DNA of 64,000 nt from an uncultured Chloroflexia bacterium (GCA_963698505.1 CAVORC010000012.1:4590-68589); one strand, 5' to 3'; numbered from the stretch's first letter, positions 51,050-61,506 are shown. The notes: generated from the letters alone by a model not told the origin. Program-made: numbers and translations.

Positions 51050-52966
51050 ATGACGGAGTCTGCAAGATACGGCTGGGCCTCCTCGTTTCAGCAGTTCCGA
51101 GAGGCCTCTCCCGTTGAGATCAGAGGGAGCCTCTCGGACTTCCTCCGAACGGTGTCAGCTGAGCAGGTTCGCGCATGGGATGAGTCGATCCCGCCGCTAC
51201 AAGGCGAGGTCGACGAGCTCATCGCTTCAGACCCTGCCGCATCCGACTTCTCGGCGATCTTGGAGTACGAACTGCCGCTCGAGTTCCGGCGCCCGGACGT
51301 GATCTTTCTAAGCAATGGCTCTGTCTACGTGCTCGAGCTGAAAGGCAAGGACCGTGTACTCCAAGCCGACCTAGATCAAGCTGCTGCCTACGCTAGGGAC
51401 TTGTCGGCGTATCACCGCGAATGCCACGAGCGACCAGTTCATCCGCTCCTTGTCCTCACCAAAGGAGATAGCGCGCACGGCATCCAGTCTGGCGTGCACG
51501 TTGTTGGCCTGGACGGCGTTGACGGGCTGGTGGCCGAACTCGAGTCCTTTCCGGCAGGTGCCCGCATCGAGTCGAGCCGTTTCCTGGCTGCCGATGCGTA
51601 CTCACCCCTACCAACGATCGTAGAAGCATCGCGCGAACTCCTGGAAAGTGGAGAGCTCCGACGAGTTCATGCCGCGGCCATGAAGACGGAGCCAGCACTC
51701 AAGGAGATCACCAGGATTATCCACGAGGCAGCTCGAACGAAGTCGCGCCGTCTTGTCCTGCTGACAGGCATCCCTGGGGCTGGAAAGACCCTGGTTGGCC
51801 TGCAAATCGCCCACGCTCGTTTTCTAGACGATCTTGCCGTGGAACGGCTTGGTGGCCGGCCGTCGGCACCTGCCGTCTACCTATCCGGAAATGGGCCGCT
51901 GGTTGAGGTACTCCAGTACAACCTGAAGTCGGCTGGCGGCAGTGGCAAGGCCTTCGTCCGTGGCGTCAAGCAGTACGTCAAGGACTACTCTCGCAACCGC
52001 AGCCGAGTGCCCCCAGAGCACGTGCTGATATTTGATGAGGCACAACGGGCATGGGATTCGGCACAGGTCGCCGAGAAGCAGCGCGATGCCGCCGATGGTC
52101 GTTCTGAGCCCGAACACTTCATCGAGTTCGCCGAGCGCATTCCCGACTGGTGTGTCGTCGTTGGACTCATCGGCGGAGGTCAGGAGATCCATGTCGGCGA
52201 GGAGGCCGGTCTCGGTCAATGGAGAGTTGCCGTGGATCAGTCGGCTCGGGATCCCTGGATCGTCCACGGCCCACCGAGTACCGCCGATGTCTTCGCAAGC
52301 TACCGCGCCTTCCAGCCCTCAAGCGACCTCCACCTGCACGAGGAGATCCGCTTCCACCTTGCGAAGGATATCGACCGGTTCGTGAGTGGATTATTGGGCG
52401 AGGAGTCGGATGCTCCAGTTCTATCGCTCGCCGCGTCCCTGGAGTCGAACCACTACCATCTGCGGATAACGCGTGACCTCGACGTAGCCAAGCAGTATCT
52501 ATGGGACCGATACGGTGAGGATCCCGAGGCGCGGTTCGGCATGCTCGCGTCCTCGAGGGACAAGGACCTCTCTCGCTTCGGTGTCCGGAATGACTGGAAT
52601 TCAACCAAGCTCGTGCGGCATGGCCCGTGGTTCGTTGAGGGTGACGATGACGCCCTCGGAAGGTCATGCCGTGCACTCCGGGATTGCGTGACCGAGTTCG
52701 GGTGTCAGGGGCTTGAGCTCGATGCGACGCTACTAGCTTGGGGGTCCGACTTCTGTCGCGACAACGGCGCCTGGTCCAACTCACGGGCACGCAACTACCA
52801 GAACTCAGGTCGGATCCGCGACCCATACCAACTCAGATTGAACGCCTACCGGGTCTTGCTGACACGGGCGCGGGATGCGTGCGTCGTCTACGTCCCTGAG
52901 ATCCCACTCATGGATGAGACCTTCAAGTTCCTGATCGGATCAGGGTTTCGTCCTTTGGTCCGCTAG
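51050..52966 (+). CDS. DUF2075-type protein: N-terminal PD-(D/E)xK-like nuclease module fused to a P-loop ATPase (Schlafen/DUF2075 family). The gene is horizontally acquired with markedly lower GC
   Basis: Walker A LLTGIPGAGKT and Walker B VLIFDEAQRAW. Putative nuclease motif RRPDVIFLS...VYVLELKGKD. The gene and 100-150 bp flanks are roughly 55% GC versus about 70% for the surroundings. The track ORF begins at TTG 51044 and the ATG is at 51050. Confidence 0.7.
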   Translation: MTESARYGWASSFQQFREASPVEIRGSLSDFLRTVSAEQVRAWDESIPPLQGEVDELIASDPAASDFSAILEYELPLEFRRPDVIFLSNGSVYVLELKGKDRVLQADLDQAAAYARDLSAYHRECHERPVHPLLVLTKGDSAHGIQSGVHVVGLDGVDGLVAELESFPAGARIESSRFLAADAYSPLPTIVEASRELLESGELRRVHAAAMKTEPALKEITRIIHEAARTKSRRLVLLTGIPGAGKTLVGLQIAHARFLDDLAVERLGGRPSAPAVYLSGNGPLVEVLQYNLKSAGGSGKAFVRGVKQYVKDYSRNRSRVPPEHVLIFDEAQRAWDSAQVAEKQRDAADGRSEPEHFIEFAERIPDWCVVVGLIGGGQEIHVGEEAGLGQWRVAVDQSARDPWIVHGPPSTADVFASYRAFQPSSDLHLHEEIRFHLAKDIDRFVSGLLGEESDAPVLSLAASLESNHYHLRITRDLDVAKQYLWDRYGEDPEARFGMLASSRDKDLSRFGVRNDWNSTKLVRHGPWFVEGDDDALGRSCRALRDCVTEFGCQGLELDATLLAWGSDFCRDNGAWSNSRARNYQNSGRIRDPYQLRLNAYRVLLTRARDACVVYVPEIPLMDETFKFLIGSGFRPLVR

Positions 52967-53014
52967 CGAAGCCAGTCTCTCCTGGCTGCAGCCCTTGACA
53001 GTGTCCGACGGGGT

Positions 53015-56000
53015 CTACGTGTCCTGCTCCCCCGCCACTTCATCCAACCTGCAGAGCGCGTTGGCCAGCAGCATCTGGCGGGGCGAACGGGCCTGTACAC
53101 GGATGAGCTCCGGTGAGGCCACCACCAGCGTCAGGCAGCGCGCGCGCGAGGTAGCCACGTTGAGCCGGTTGAGCGAGTAGAGGAACTCCATGCCGCGCGG
53201 GGCATCCTCCGGGCGCGACGTCGCCATCGAGTAGATCGACACCGGCGCCTGCTGGCCCTGGAACTTGTCCACCGTGCCCACCGGCACGCGCGCACAAGCC
53301 TCACCGCGCTTCCGCAGCGTTGCCCCGATGAGCGTGCGCTGCGCGTTGTACGGCGTGATGACGAGGATGTCATCCGGCCGGATCGTCGCCTGCGCCTGCT
53401 CGCGGTCCAGCCACGTCGCCCGGCCCTCCAGCAGCCCGCACACGAGGTCCGCGATGACCCGCGCCTCCTCGATGGAGCGGTTGTCATTGCGCGCAGCGGC
53501 ATGGTCCACCGCGATGAAGCGGATGCCCTCGCCGTCGACCAGGCCCGCGCCCGACAGGGCCTGTTGCTCATTGCCACTCTCCGGCAAGAGCGCACTCTCG
53601 TAGAAGACCTCGGAGGTGTAGCTGCAGATGTCCGGGTGCAGCCGCCAGGTCTTGTCCATGAACAGGCCCAGCTCGGACGGCATCACCGCGGTGTCGCGAC
53701 CCAGCAGGTGTGCCAGCGCGCTCCGTTCCGCGCCCACCGGATGCGAGCCCTTGAGCGGCTGGTCGAGCTGCTGCGGGTCACCCAGCAGCACGATGGACCT
53801 GGCCACAGCGGACACCGCGACCGCGTTGGCCAGCGAGAACTGCCCGGCCTCGTCGATGAACAGCACATCGACGGCTTCGGTCGGGATCTTGGCGCTCGAC
53901 CACAGCCAGGCCGTGCCGCCGATGACGTCAGCCGCGCCGTCCGCCAGCACTGCCGCCACGTCCGCCGCCGACTCGATGCCCTCCGCATGGGCGCAGGTCA
54001 GCTCGCCCGAGTCGCCCGGCTTCTGGCGGATGACGACCTCACGCTCGGCGAAGGCGGGATGCTCGGCCTGCGCCGCCCAGACGTTGTCCAGCAGGTTGCC
54101 GATGACCTTGTGGCTACCGGCAGTCACACCCACGGTCTTGCCCTGGGCGACGAGGTCCAGGATCATGCGCCCGCCGATCCAGGTCTTGCCGCTGCCGGGT
54201 GGCCCCTGGATGGCGAGGCACGTGCGATCGAGCCCCTTGACCAGCCGTCGCGCCAGCGTCCGCCGCCGACTCGCCCTCTGTGCGCAGGGGCTGACCATCC
54301 ACGTGGCCGTCGACGCGCGGCGTCCGGCACAGGACAAGGTCGCGCGCCGCACGGTACGGGCCCTCGCCCGCCATGCCGTGGTCCACGACCGACTGGCCGA
54401 TGTCCAGCAGCCGCTGCTCCTGCGCGGGGCAGGGCACGACGGTCTTGGCCACCAGCGCCCGTGGGTGCTCGATGGCCCGGCGGCGCGGGAAGCGCAGCAC
54501 GATCTCGTTGCGGTCGAGGTCCGTCTCCACCACCGGCAGGTCCTTCAGGGTGGCGGGGTCGGTCGGTGCCTTGCCCACGTCGAAGTCTTGCTCGGGGAAG
54601 CGGTAGCGATATGTGCGCCTGGCCTCGTCCTCCACGTCCACCAGCTCCAGGCCGGCCAGCGGCTCGCGTGCCTCCAGCAGCTCTTCCTCGGTCGCTTCCA
54701 GCTGGCTGAACCAGCGCCACCAGTCGGGCTTCTGCTCGCGCCGATGCCAGCCCAGCAGGTTCGCCAGCAGCACCCGGCCCCGCTCATCGGGGGTCCACTC
54801 GCGCTCGCTCTCGTCGACCGGGATGCCCGCCACCAACGGCTCGGCCACCGCGCTCACACGCTGCAGCCAGGCGGACAGGCCCTCCTCCGCCTCGCCGTCG
54901 CGAACCTGCGGCCGCGGCAGCTCGAAGCCGAGCGTGGACGCCAGCATGCCGCGCTGTTCCTCCAGCCAGCGGTGCAGCTCCAGCGTGGAGACCACGTCAT
55001 CGCGGTTGTAGGCGGTGATCTGGTCAAGGATCTCCTCGCCCACGCCACCGTGGCCGCCGAGCTGCAGCCAGTGCTCGAACTCGACGATGGACGAGCCCGC
55101 ATCACGCAGCTCGATCTCGCGGCGGAAGCCGTAGAAAGGCTCCAGGCGCTTGATGGAGTAGCTCTCCACGGAGGCGCGCAGGCCCTGCCGCACGACGCGG
55201 TAGAGGTCCACCAGCACGTCGCCGCGGAACAGGCGGTCGACCTCGTCCTGGCGGGTGTTGTAGCGGCCCATCAGCTTGCCCAGGTGGCTCGGCTCGTACG
55301 GCGCGTAGTGGTAGACGTGGAGGTCGGGATCCGCGTCCAGGCAGTCGATGATGGTGTCGATGGTGCGCTCGAAGGCCGCCTTCTCCGCGGCCTCGGTCAC
55401 GCGGCCCTGCTCGTCCCGGCTCCAGAAGGCGTGGAAGCGCGGCCCACCGTCGGCGTCCCGCTCCCCCGGCTGCAGCAGGCCGAAGAGGTAGTCGATGCCG
55501 TCCTCGCCGGCGAAGGGGTCGCCCTCCAGGTCCAGGTAGAGGTCTCCGGGGCTGGGCTCCGGCAGCGCGAGGAGGCCCTTGGTCGTGTCCAGCTCGCCGT
55601 CCGGCGTGCGGTGCGGCTCCAGCAGCTCGTGGATGTAGCGGCGCTCGTCCTCACCCTGGACCTGGATACGCGCCTGCTCGCGGACGCGCTCCAGTGCCTC
55701 CGGGCTGGTGCCGTCGAGCCGTCTGTCCAGCGGAAGCTGCAGCACGGCCAGCGAGCGACGCGTGCCGACGTCACGCTCGACCAGGGCGGCCCGCGTGCGC
55801 GCGGTGATGTTGGCCACCAGCGAGAGGTGGTCGTCCGCTCGGCGTCGCTTGCTGCAGATCTCATCCCAGCTGCAGACGCCGCAGTGCTCCGTTGGCTCCG
55901 GGTAGGACGGCGGCGGGGGAGGGTAGACGCTGGGCATGGGCGCGCCGACGGCGGCCAGGAAACGGGCCTGCACCGAGCGGAAGTAGGCCCGGAAGTCGGC

Positions 56001-56570
56001 CGTGCGGAAGCCCTGCGTTTCCCTGTCCTTGCCCCCGAGGGCCACGTACATGCGTTCGGGATAGCGGCCCTGGATGGCCGCGAGCAGCTCGTTGTAGACG
56101 CAGATCTGCAGCAGCGCGGAGGCCTTGACCTTGTGCGCCAGCTTGGTGTCCGCCACCTCGTACGACCGGCCCAGCGGCGCCTCGGCATCCTCGACACGCA
56201 GCAGGAAGTCGGCGAAGCCGAGCCAGGTGCCGTCGAAGAAGCAGGCCTGGAAGATGACGTCGTCCCCGCGCTCGATGGCCTCGCGGGTGGCGGCTGCACG
56301 TGCGCGGTAGAACTCGCCGCGGTCCGCACCTTCCGGTCGCTCGGCCGAGAGGTCCGCGATGGTGCGGCCCTGCTCCTGGAGGCGGCCGATGTAGACGCGC
56401 TCGTGCTCCTCGCCGCGCTGGGCGATGAGGTCAAGCTCCGGGTCGTTGCGGATGGGCTTCTGCACCAGGCCCGCGAGCGCGCTGCGCTCCAGCTCCGTCA
56501 GGTGGCCGCAGGCGAGGTAGCCCACGAGGTCGGTCGCGGAATAGACGGCCTGACCGTCGATGAGCTGCAT
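53015..56570 (-). CDS. RecB-like (TM0106-type) nuclease fused to a C-terminal SF1 DNA/RNA helicase, about 1185 aa, with one frameshift near 54270
   Basis: N-terminal 818-aa ORF with a Cys cluster (CGVCSWDEIC) and RecB-family nuclease features. The C-terminal ORF 53015..54352 has helicase motifs I (GPPGSGKT), II (DEAGQ), III (GDPQQL), and V/VI (VDKFQGQQ, NVATSRAR). The two ORFs overlap in different frames. Confidence 0.75.
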
Positions 56571-56679
56571 GGCTCCCGATGGTACGCGGCCGGCGTGTCA
56601 GCTTGTCTGGCACACCGGCCGCTACAGCGCCACGACCGATCAGCGGCGGCGGAGGCCGATCAGCGGCCGCGGAGGCCGA

Positions 56680-57714
56680 TCAGGGGCAGCGGAATTCGGG
56701 CGTCAGGAAGAACGAACCGACCAGGACCCGCTTCGACTTCCCGGCATCATTGAAGGCCGCGACGTACAGGTCGTAGAACTGGTCGTTGGAGTATGGGGAG
56801 ACCGGCGCGTCCGGCAGGGCCCTGTCGATGGCCGCGTGATCGGGCTGGTAGCTCGTGCTGTCGGCCGGGAGCCGGTCCAGGCGAACCGCCCTCGATCGCT
56901 TCAGGCGGAAGTCGCGTTCATCGAGGGCCTGGTTGGGGTCCGTCCCGGGCTTGAGCTGGCAGTAGCCGCGGCGGGCATACACGCGATAGCCCGTCTCGTC
57001 GTCGGCGTTGTCACGCCACTCCACCACCTCACGGTTCTTGTCGGCGATCTGGTCCGGCGGCAGCCCGTCGCGCATCCAGTCGGGAAACACGGTCTCGACG
57101 GAGCCAGCCGCGGTGGGGGCGGCCGGCCTGGACGCCGCTGTGGTGTTGCCGTCGGTGCCGTCGGTGCCACCGGCGCCCTGGCCGGCCTCGAGCGAATCGA
57201 CACGGCTGCGCAGCTCGCTCACCTCGGTCTGCAGCGCTTCCAGCAGAGCGATCACGGTGGCGATGTCCGGCTCCGGCTCTTCGTACACGAGGCTGACGGC
57301 GCCCTCGGCATCGAGCAGCTCCAGTGTCCCGTCGCTGGACTGCCAGGCTGCCGTCGTGGGCAACAGTGCCAGGTAGGCATCCTCGACGGCTTGCACGTCC
57401 GGCTCACAGGCCATCATGGTCTGGGCCAGCTCTGGCGCGATGGACAGCGATGTGCCGTCGAGCGAGTAGCCGCCAGAGAACCGGTTGCAGCCGGCGTTTC
57501 CGCTCGCCACGCCGTCCGCCAGGGACAGGCTGGGAACCACGCCCTCGGGTACCGCCGTCAGTCCCGTCTCGGTGGTGTACGCGATAAGCTCCCAGGCCTG
57601 CCCTTCTGGCGTGGCCGGCTCATCCTGCGCCGCGACGGTGCCTGCCAGGCAGGTCGTCAGCGCCAGCGCGGTGGATAGCCCCACGTTGGTCGTTCTCGGG
57701 AACATCGGCTTCAC
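56680..57714 (-). CDS. META-domain (HslJ-like, DUF306) lipoprotein with a C-terminal extra domain
   Basis: Signal plus lipobox (ALTTCLAG). META signature GNAGCNRFSGGYSLDGTSL...MMACEPD. Confidence 0.6.
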   Translation of the reverse strand: MKPMFPRTTNVGLSTALALTTCLAGTVAAQDEPATPEGQAWELIAYTTETGLTAVPEGVVPSLSLADGVASGNAGCNRFSGGYSLDGTSLSIAPELAQTMMACEPDVQAVEDAYLALLPTTAAWQSSDGTLELLDAEGAVSLVYEEPEPDIATVIALLEALQTEVSELRSRVDSLEAGQGAGGTDGTDGNTTAASRPAAPTAAGSVETVFPDWMRDGLPPDQIADKNREVVEWRDNADDETGYRVYARRGYCQLKPGTDPNQALDERDFRLKRSRAVRLDRLPADSTSYQPDHAAIDRALPDAPVSPYSNDQFYDLYVAAFNDAGKSKRVLVGSFFLTPEFRCP

Positions 57715-57863
57715 CTCCTGATTCGTGTCCCCCAGGTCCCGTGCCCCCCAAATCAGGCCACGACACTACCCCCGGCGACGCGACGCTGTCCACACCTTGT
57801 CCATGCGGCTCGCGTGGTCCTCGTGGCCTTCGACGGTCATCGCCCGGCGCTACAGTCGTGCCG

Positions 57864-59168
57864 ATGCCCACCTCGCGTGCCGCATGGCAGGACCGCCTCT
57901 CCGCATGGCTCCGACGCTGGCAGCCGCTGCTGCCGCTGTTCTCGGTGCAGATGATCGTAACCATCGGCTTCGGTGCGCTGCTGCCGGTGCTGCCGCTCTA
58001 CGTGCAGGAGCACGATATCGATGCCACCGGACTGGGTGTCATCGTCGCCGCCTGGGCCGTGGCCAAGCTGCTGCTGGAGCCGCTCTTCGGCTGGTGGGCC
58101 GACCGTCACCGGCGCAAGCCGCAGATGGTCGGTGGCCTGGTGCTGCTGGCGGTCGTCAGCGTCCTGCCGCTCGTCTTCCCCACGTTCGTCGCCTTCGTCG
58201 TGTTGCGGTTCCTGGCCGGTGTCGCCACGGCGGCCTACGACCCTGCGGCGCGCGGCATGGTCGTGGACGCCACCGAGGAGGACGAGCGTGGCGAGGCCTT
58301 CGGCTTCTACGGCGCCTTCCAGATCGCAGGCTTCGTCATCGGTCCGGCCATCGGCGGCATCGGCGCCACCATCTTCGGGGGCTACGGCTTCCCCTTCGTC
58401 TTCACCTCGCTGCTGTCGCTGGTCGGTGTGGTCGTGCTGGTGCGCTTCCTCGACGCCCGGCCGCACGCGAACGAATTGGCCGAGTTCGAGCACGATCCCG
58501 ATGCCAAGCCCCTTCCCGCAGGCGACCCCTTCAGCGCCTCCGAGGTCGTGGTCGTGCCGACCGACGACCGAGCCTCCCGGCCGCAGGCGCCCCTGCGCTC
58601 GCTCTTCAATCGCACGGTCGTGGCGGCGCTGGTGCTGACGTTCGGGCTGCACCTCTCCTTCGGCACGTACGAGGTGGTGTGGTCCATCTACCTCATCGCG
58701 CTGGGGGCGACGGTGGCCTGGGTGAGCCTGACGTTCGTGCTCTTCGGTATCCCCGAGATGGTGTTCTCACCCATCGCCGGGCGCATCGTGGACCGCCGCG
58801 GCCCGGTCGCGATCGTCGTCGCGAGCGGCGTCACCATCATCCTCTCCGGCGCCATCTATGCCGTATCGAGCCACTTCCTGGTGCCCTCGATCGTCGTGCC
58901 CTTCGAGGCGGTGGCGACCGCGGCCATGCTGCCGGCGCTGTACGCCATGCTCGCGCGCGGAACGCCCAGCGGCCGCTCCTCTACGGCCCAGGGCATCTTC
59001 GGGGCCACCAGCACCCTGGCGCTGGTGGTGGCATCACTGGCCGCTGGCTGGCTCTTCGACCGGGGCGTGGGGCTGCCGTTCTGGTTCTTCGTGGCCGGCA
59101 TGGCGGCGTGCCTCGTGGCGGGCGTGCTCATCTATCGACCGGCACCGCCTCGGTCCGTCACCACGTAG
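57864..59168 (+). CDS. MFS transporter
   Basis: About 434 aa from the Met of MPTSRAAWQ, 12 TM, with MFS motifs (GWWADRHRRK; AGVATAAYDPAARGMVVDA). Confidence 0.8.
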   Translation: MPTSRAAWQDRLSAWLRRWQPLLPLFSVQMIVTIGFGALLPVLPLYVQEHDIDATGLGVIVAAWAVAKLLLEPLFGWWADRHRRKPQMVGGLVLLAVVSVLPLVFPTFVAFVVLRFLAGVATAAYDPAARGMVVDATEEDERGEAFGFYGAFQIAGFVIGPAIGGIGATIFGGYGFPFVFTSLLSLVGVVVLVRFLDARPHANELAEFEHDPDAKPLPAGDPFSASEVVVVPTDDRASRPQAPLRSLFNRTVVAALVLTFGLHLSFGTYEVVWSIYLIALGATVAWVSLTFVLFGIPEMVFSPIAGRIVDRRGPVAIVVASGVTIILSGAIYAVSSHFLVPSIVVPFEAVATAAMLPALYAMLARGTPSGRSSTAQGIFGATSTLALVVASLAAGWLFDRGVGLPFWFFVAGMAACLVAGVLIYRPAPPRSVTT

Positions 59169-59275
59169 GACAGGCTAGGACCTCTTCAGGCCGCTTCGGG
59201 TCCATTCGGCTCGTTGACGACCGATGTAAACGTTGTCATCGTGCTGCTACAAGTGGGAAAAGGAGGTTCGGGTCT

Positions 59276-59536
59276 ATGTCCTGGGTCTTCATGGTGTCCA
59301 TCGCCGTCCTGCTGACGGCGGTCGTGCTCATCGAGTACCGCGCCATCCGCGCCGGTGACGAGCGCAGACACCACGCTCCCGGCTACGCCCTTGTCCTGGG
59401 CGGGCTGGTCGTGATCGGTCTCGGCATCGCCGCGGCGGTGTCAGAGCAGGTGACGGTGGCATTGCTGGCGTCCCTTGCCGGTCTCGGTGCTGTAGCACTG
59501 GGTGCCACGCGGCACAAGGAGGCAGCAGCGCACTAG
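59276..59536 (+). CDS. Small two-TM membrane protein (86 aa), hypothetical
   Basis: Good RBS (AAAGGAGG, 8 nt upstream of the ATG). Hydrophobic segments VFMVSIAVLLTAVVLI and ALVLGGLVVIGLGIAAAV. Confidence 0.4.
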   Translation: MSWVFMVSIAVLLTAVVLIEYRAIRAGDERRHHAPGYALVLGGLVVIGLGIAAAVSEQVTVALLASLAGLGAVALGATRHKEAAAH

Positions 59537-59577
59537 CGAGGAACACCTCGTCGGTCGCCTCGGCGGCCGCTCAAGCG

Positions 59578-59608
59578 GAGCCCGCCCGGACCCCTTCCGG
59601 GCGGGCTC
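59578..59608 (+). terminator. Perfect 13-bp-stem hairpin (GAGCCCGCCCGGA-CCCCT-TCCGGGCGGGCTC)
   Basis: Perfect inverted repeat 40 bp after the stop of the small membrane protein gene. No U-tract, as is common in high-GC genomes. Confidence 0.55.
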
Positions 59609-59648
59609 ATCTCGTGCAGTGGCGCCCCCGCTGTGCTCGCTGGCGAGC

Positions 59649-59947
59649 TTCGGATGATGTCCTTGGTGACTCACCGGGCTGGCGGGCTTCGATGATGTCC
59701 CTGGTGACTCACCGGGCCGGGGACGCTGGTCGCTCGGCCGACGCGATGTCCGGCTCCGCCGTTTGAGTCGCCAGGCGACGCGAATGGCCGGGCACGTCGC
59801 GGATCCGAGCCACCACGTAGGACCGATCGTCGCGAACGGTGGTCGGATCGCTGAGTGCGGACCAATCGCCCTGCCTCGGTGGCCAGGTGAGTCACCGGCG
59901 ACATCACGGGCGGGCAACGCCCCAGCGACATCACGGGCGGGCAACGC
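59649..59947. repeat. Cluster of REP-like palindromic elements between convergent genes. It has two direct copies of GATGATGTCCYTGGTGACTCACCGGGC (about 59655 and 59692), one inverted copy GGTGAGTCACCGGCGACATC (59887), and a 2 x 22-bp direct repeat GACATCACGGGCGGGCAACGCC (59899 and 59926)
   Basis: Read directly in the sequence. The core GGTGA(C/G)TCACC is a near-palindrome. The 20-mer at 59887 is identical to 31028..31047. Confidence 0.65.
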
Positions 59948-59976
59948 CGCGCCGCAGCGCCATGCCCAACACCGCC

Positions 59977-60777
59977 TCAGATCGTCTGGTTGGCCAGCTC
60001 CAGCTGGTGCAGCGTGCGCCGCTGCAAGGCCCCGAGCCGCTCTGGGTCCAGCACCTCGCAGGCCCAGTCCCAGTGCAGCGAGACCACGTCACCGACCTCC
60101 ACGTCAGCCACGAAGCCGGTGCCGTCCAGCCAGCGCCGCACCGTCTGCACCCTCGGTTCGGTCAATGCCAGCTTGCCCTCGGCGAGCCCCAGCGGCACCG
60201 TGTTCACCACCAGCGACTCACCGCTGACCTCCAGCACGCGGCCCCAGCGGATGCGGCACGAGTCCATCAGCCCCACCGCGTCCGTGACTGCGCCGCCGCG
60301 CATCAGCCCCACGCGCGGGAAGATGTCGAACACGTGGAAGGCGTGCGTCGGTCGCGCGCCCGCCTCCGCCTTGCCCTCCAGCCACTTCCAGGCCTCCGGC
60401 AGCAGCTGAGCCCGGAAGCGGGCGTCCATCGACTGTGTCATCAGCACCGGGTCCACGCCGTCGGATAGCGCGTTGCCGATCCAGTAGGCGTCGACCACCC
60501 GCCGATCCATGGGGTCCGCGATGCCGTGCGCCGAGGCGATGAGCTCCAGGTACGGGTAGGCACCCTCGAACCCCGCCGCCAGGTCGCGCAGCCCATGGTC
60601 GATCTCCAGCGCCTGCGTCCTGGTGGCACCTGACGCGGCGCCCAGCTCCAGCAGCGAGCGCCAATCCTCTGGCCCGCACAGACCCAGCCGGTTGGGCCCG
60701 AAGGCGTAGCGCGCGAAGAGCACCGGCCCCGTGGGGCTTGGGCGAACAGCGACGGCGGGGGACGTGTCAGAGGTCAT
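59977..60777 (-). CDS. Hypothetical protein associated with the hydrogenase maturation cluster
   Basis: About 266 aa from the Met of MTSDTSPAV, immediately downstream of hypC on the same strand. No motifs assigned. Confidence 0.45.
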   Translation of the reverse strand: MTSDTSPAVAVRPSPTGPVLFARYAFGPNRLGLCGPEDWRSLLELGAASGATRTQALEIDHGLRDLAAGFEGAYPYLELIASAHGIADPMDRRVVDAYWIGNALSDGVDPVLMTQSMDARFRAQLLPEAWKWLEGKAEAGARPTHAFHVFDIFPRVGLMRGGAVTDAVGLMDSCRIRWGRVLEVSGESLVVNTVPLGLAEGKLALTEPRVQTVRRWLDGTGFVADVEVGDVVSLHWDWACEVLDPERLGALQRRTLHQLELANQTI

Positions 60778-60793
60778 GGGCAGGGCGTCGCGG

Positions 60794-61182
60794 TCAGTGC
60801 GCCGCTTGGGTGGACGCCCCCGCCGCGGGGGCACCCGCCGCCGAGCCTGCGTCCACCGCCGAGCCTGCCTCCGCCGCCGGGCCTGCGTCCACCGCCGAGT
60901 CTGCCTCCGCCGCGGGGGGCCCCGCGTCTGCCGAGCCTGCCTCCGTCAGCGGCTCGCCGTCCATGTCGGTCAGCCCGTAGAGCACGCCGAAGGCATGTGC
61001 CATCTCCGCCGCCTGCTCCTCGTCGAGCTTGCGCACGACCGTGCCGGAGTTGACCAGCACCCAGTCACCCACGACGAGGTCCGGTTCCAGCATCATCGAG
61101 GCCTTGTCGACGCGACCGCCGACCTCCACCTCGCAGATGGCGCCGTCGACGGCGACGACGCGAGCAGGGGCCATCAGGCACA
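60794..61182 (-). CDS. hypC: Hydrogenase maturation factor HypC/HupF
   Basis: Begins MCLMAPARVVAV (invariant N-terminal Cys2 after Met), then the OB-fold core ...AICEVEVGGRVDKASMMLEPDLVVGDWVLVNSG. A long acidic/Ala-rich C-terminal tail follows. Confidence 0.8.
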
Positions 61183-61506
61183 TGGGGCTACCTCCCGGCA
61201 AACCACGGCCGGCCCCGGCACCTGGGGGAGGGGAGCGCCGCAGTGGTTGCATTGTGGATCTGTGGGGGATGCGGTCACCGCCAGCTCACCGCAGAGTGCG
61301 CAGTGCACGTCCGCGCAGCTGACGGTGAAGACGGTAGAGCTGAAGCCGTGGTCCTCCAGGATGGCCGCGGCGTAGAACGCCACCGCGCCTGCCTCCGCAC
61401 GCGTGGCATCGCGGATCTCCAGCTCGAGCTGGCCTCCGCGACACGATTCAGGCCAACCGTGGATGACCTTCTCGATGGCAGCCCCGACGGCTCCGGCTTC
61501 ATGCAT
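61174..61506 (-). CDS. hypA: Hydrogenase nickel-insertion protein HypA
   Basis: MHEAGAVGAAIEKV N-terminus (MHE nickel site) and two CxxC pairs (CALCGE ... CNHCGA) forming the Zn ribbon. Confidence 0.8.
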   Translation of the reverse strand: MHEAGAVGAAIEKVIHGWPESCRGGQLELEIRDATRAEAGAVAFYAAAILEDHGFSSTVFTVSCADVHCALCGELAVTASPTDPQCNHCGAPLPQVPGPAVVCREVAPCA

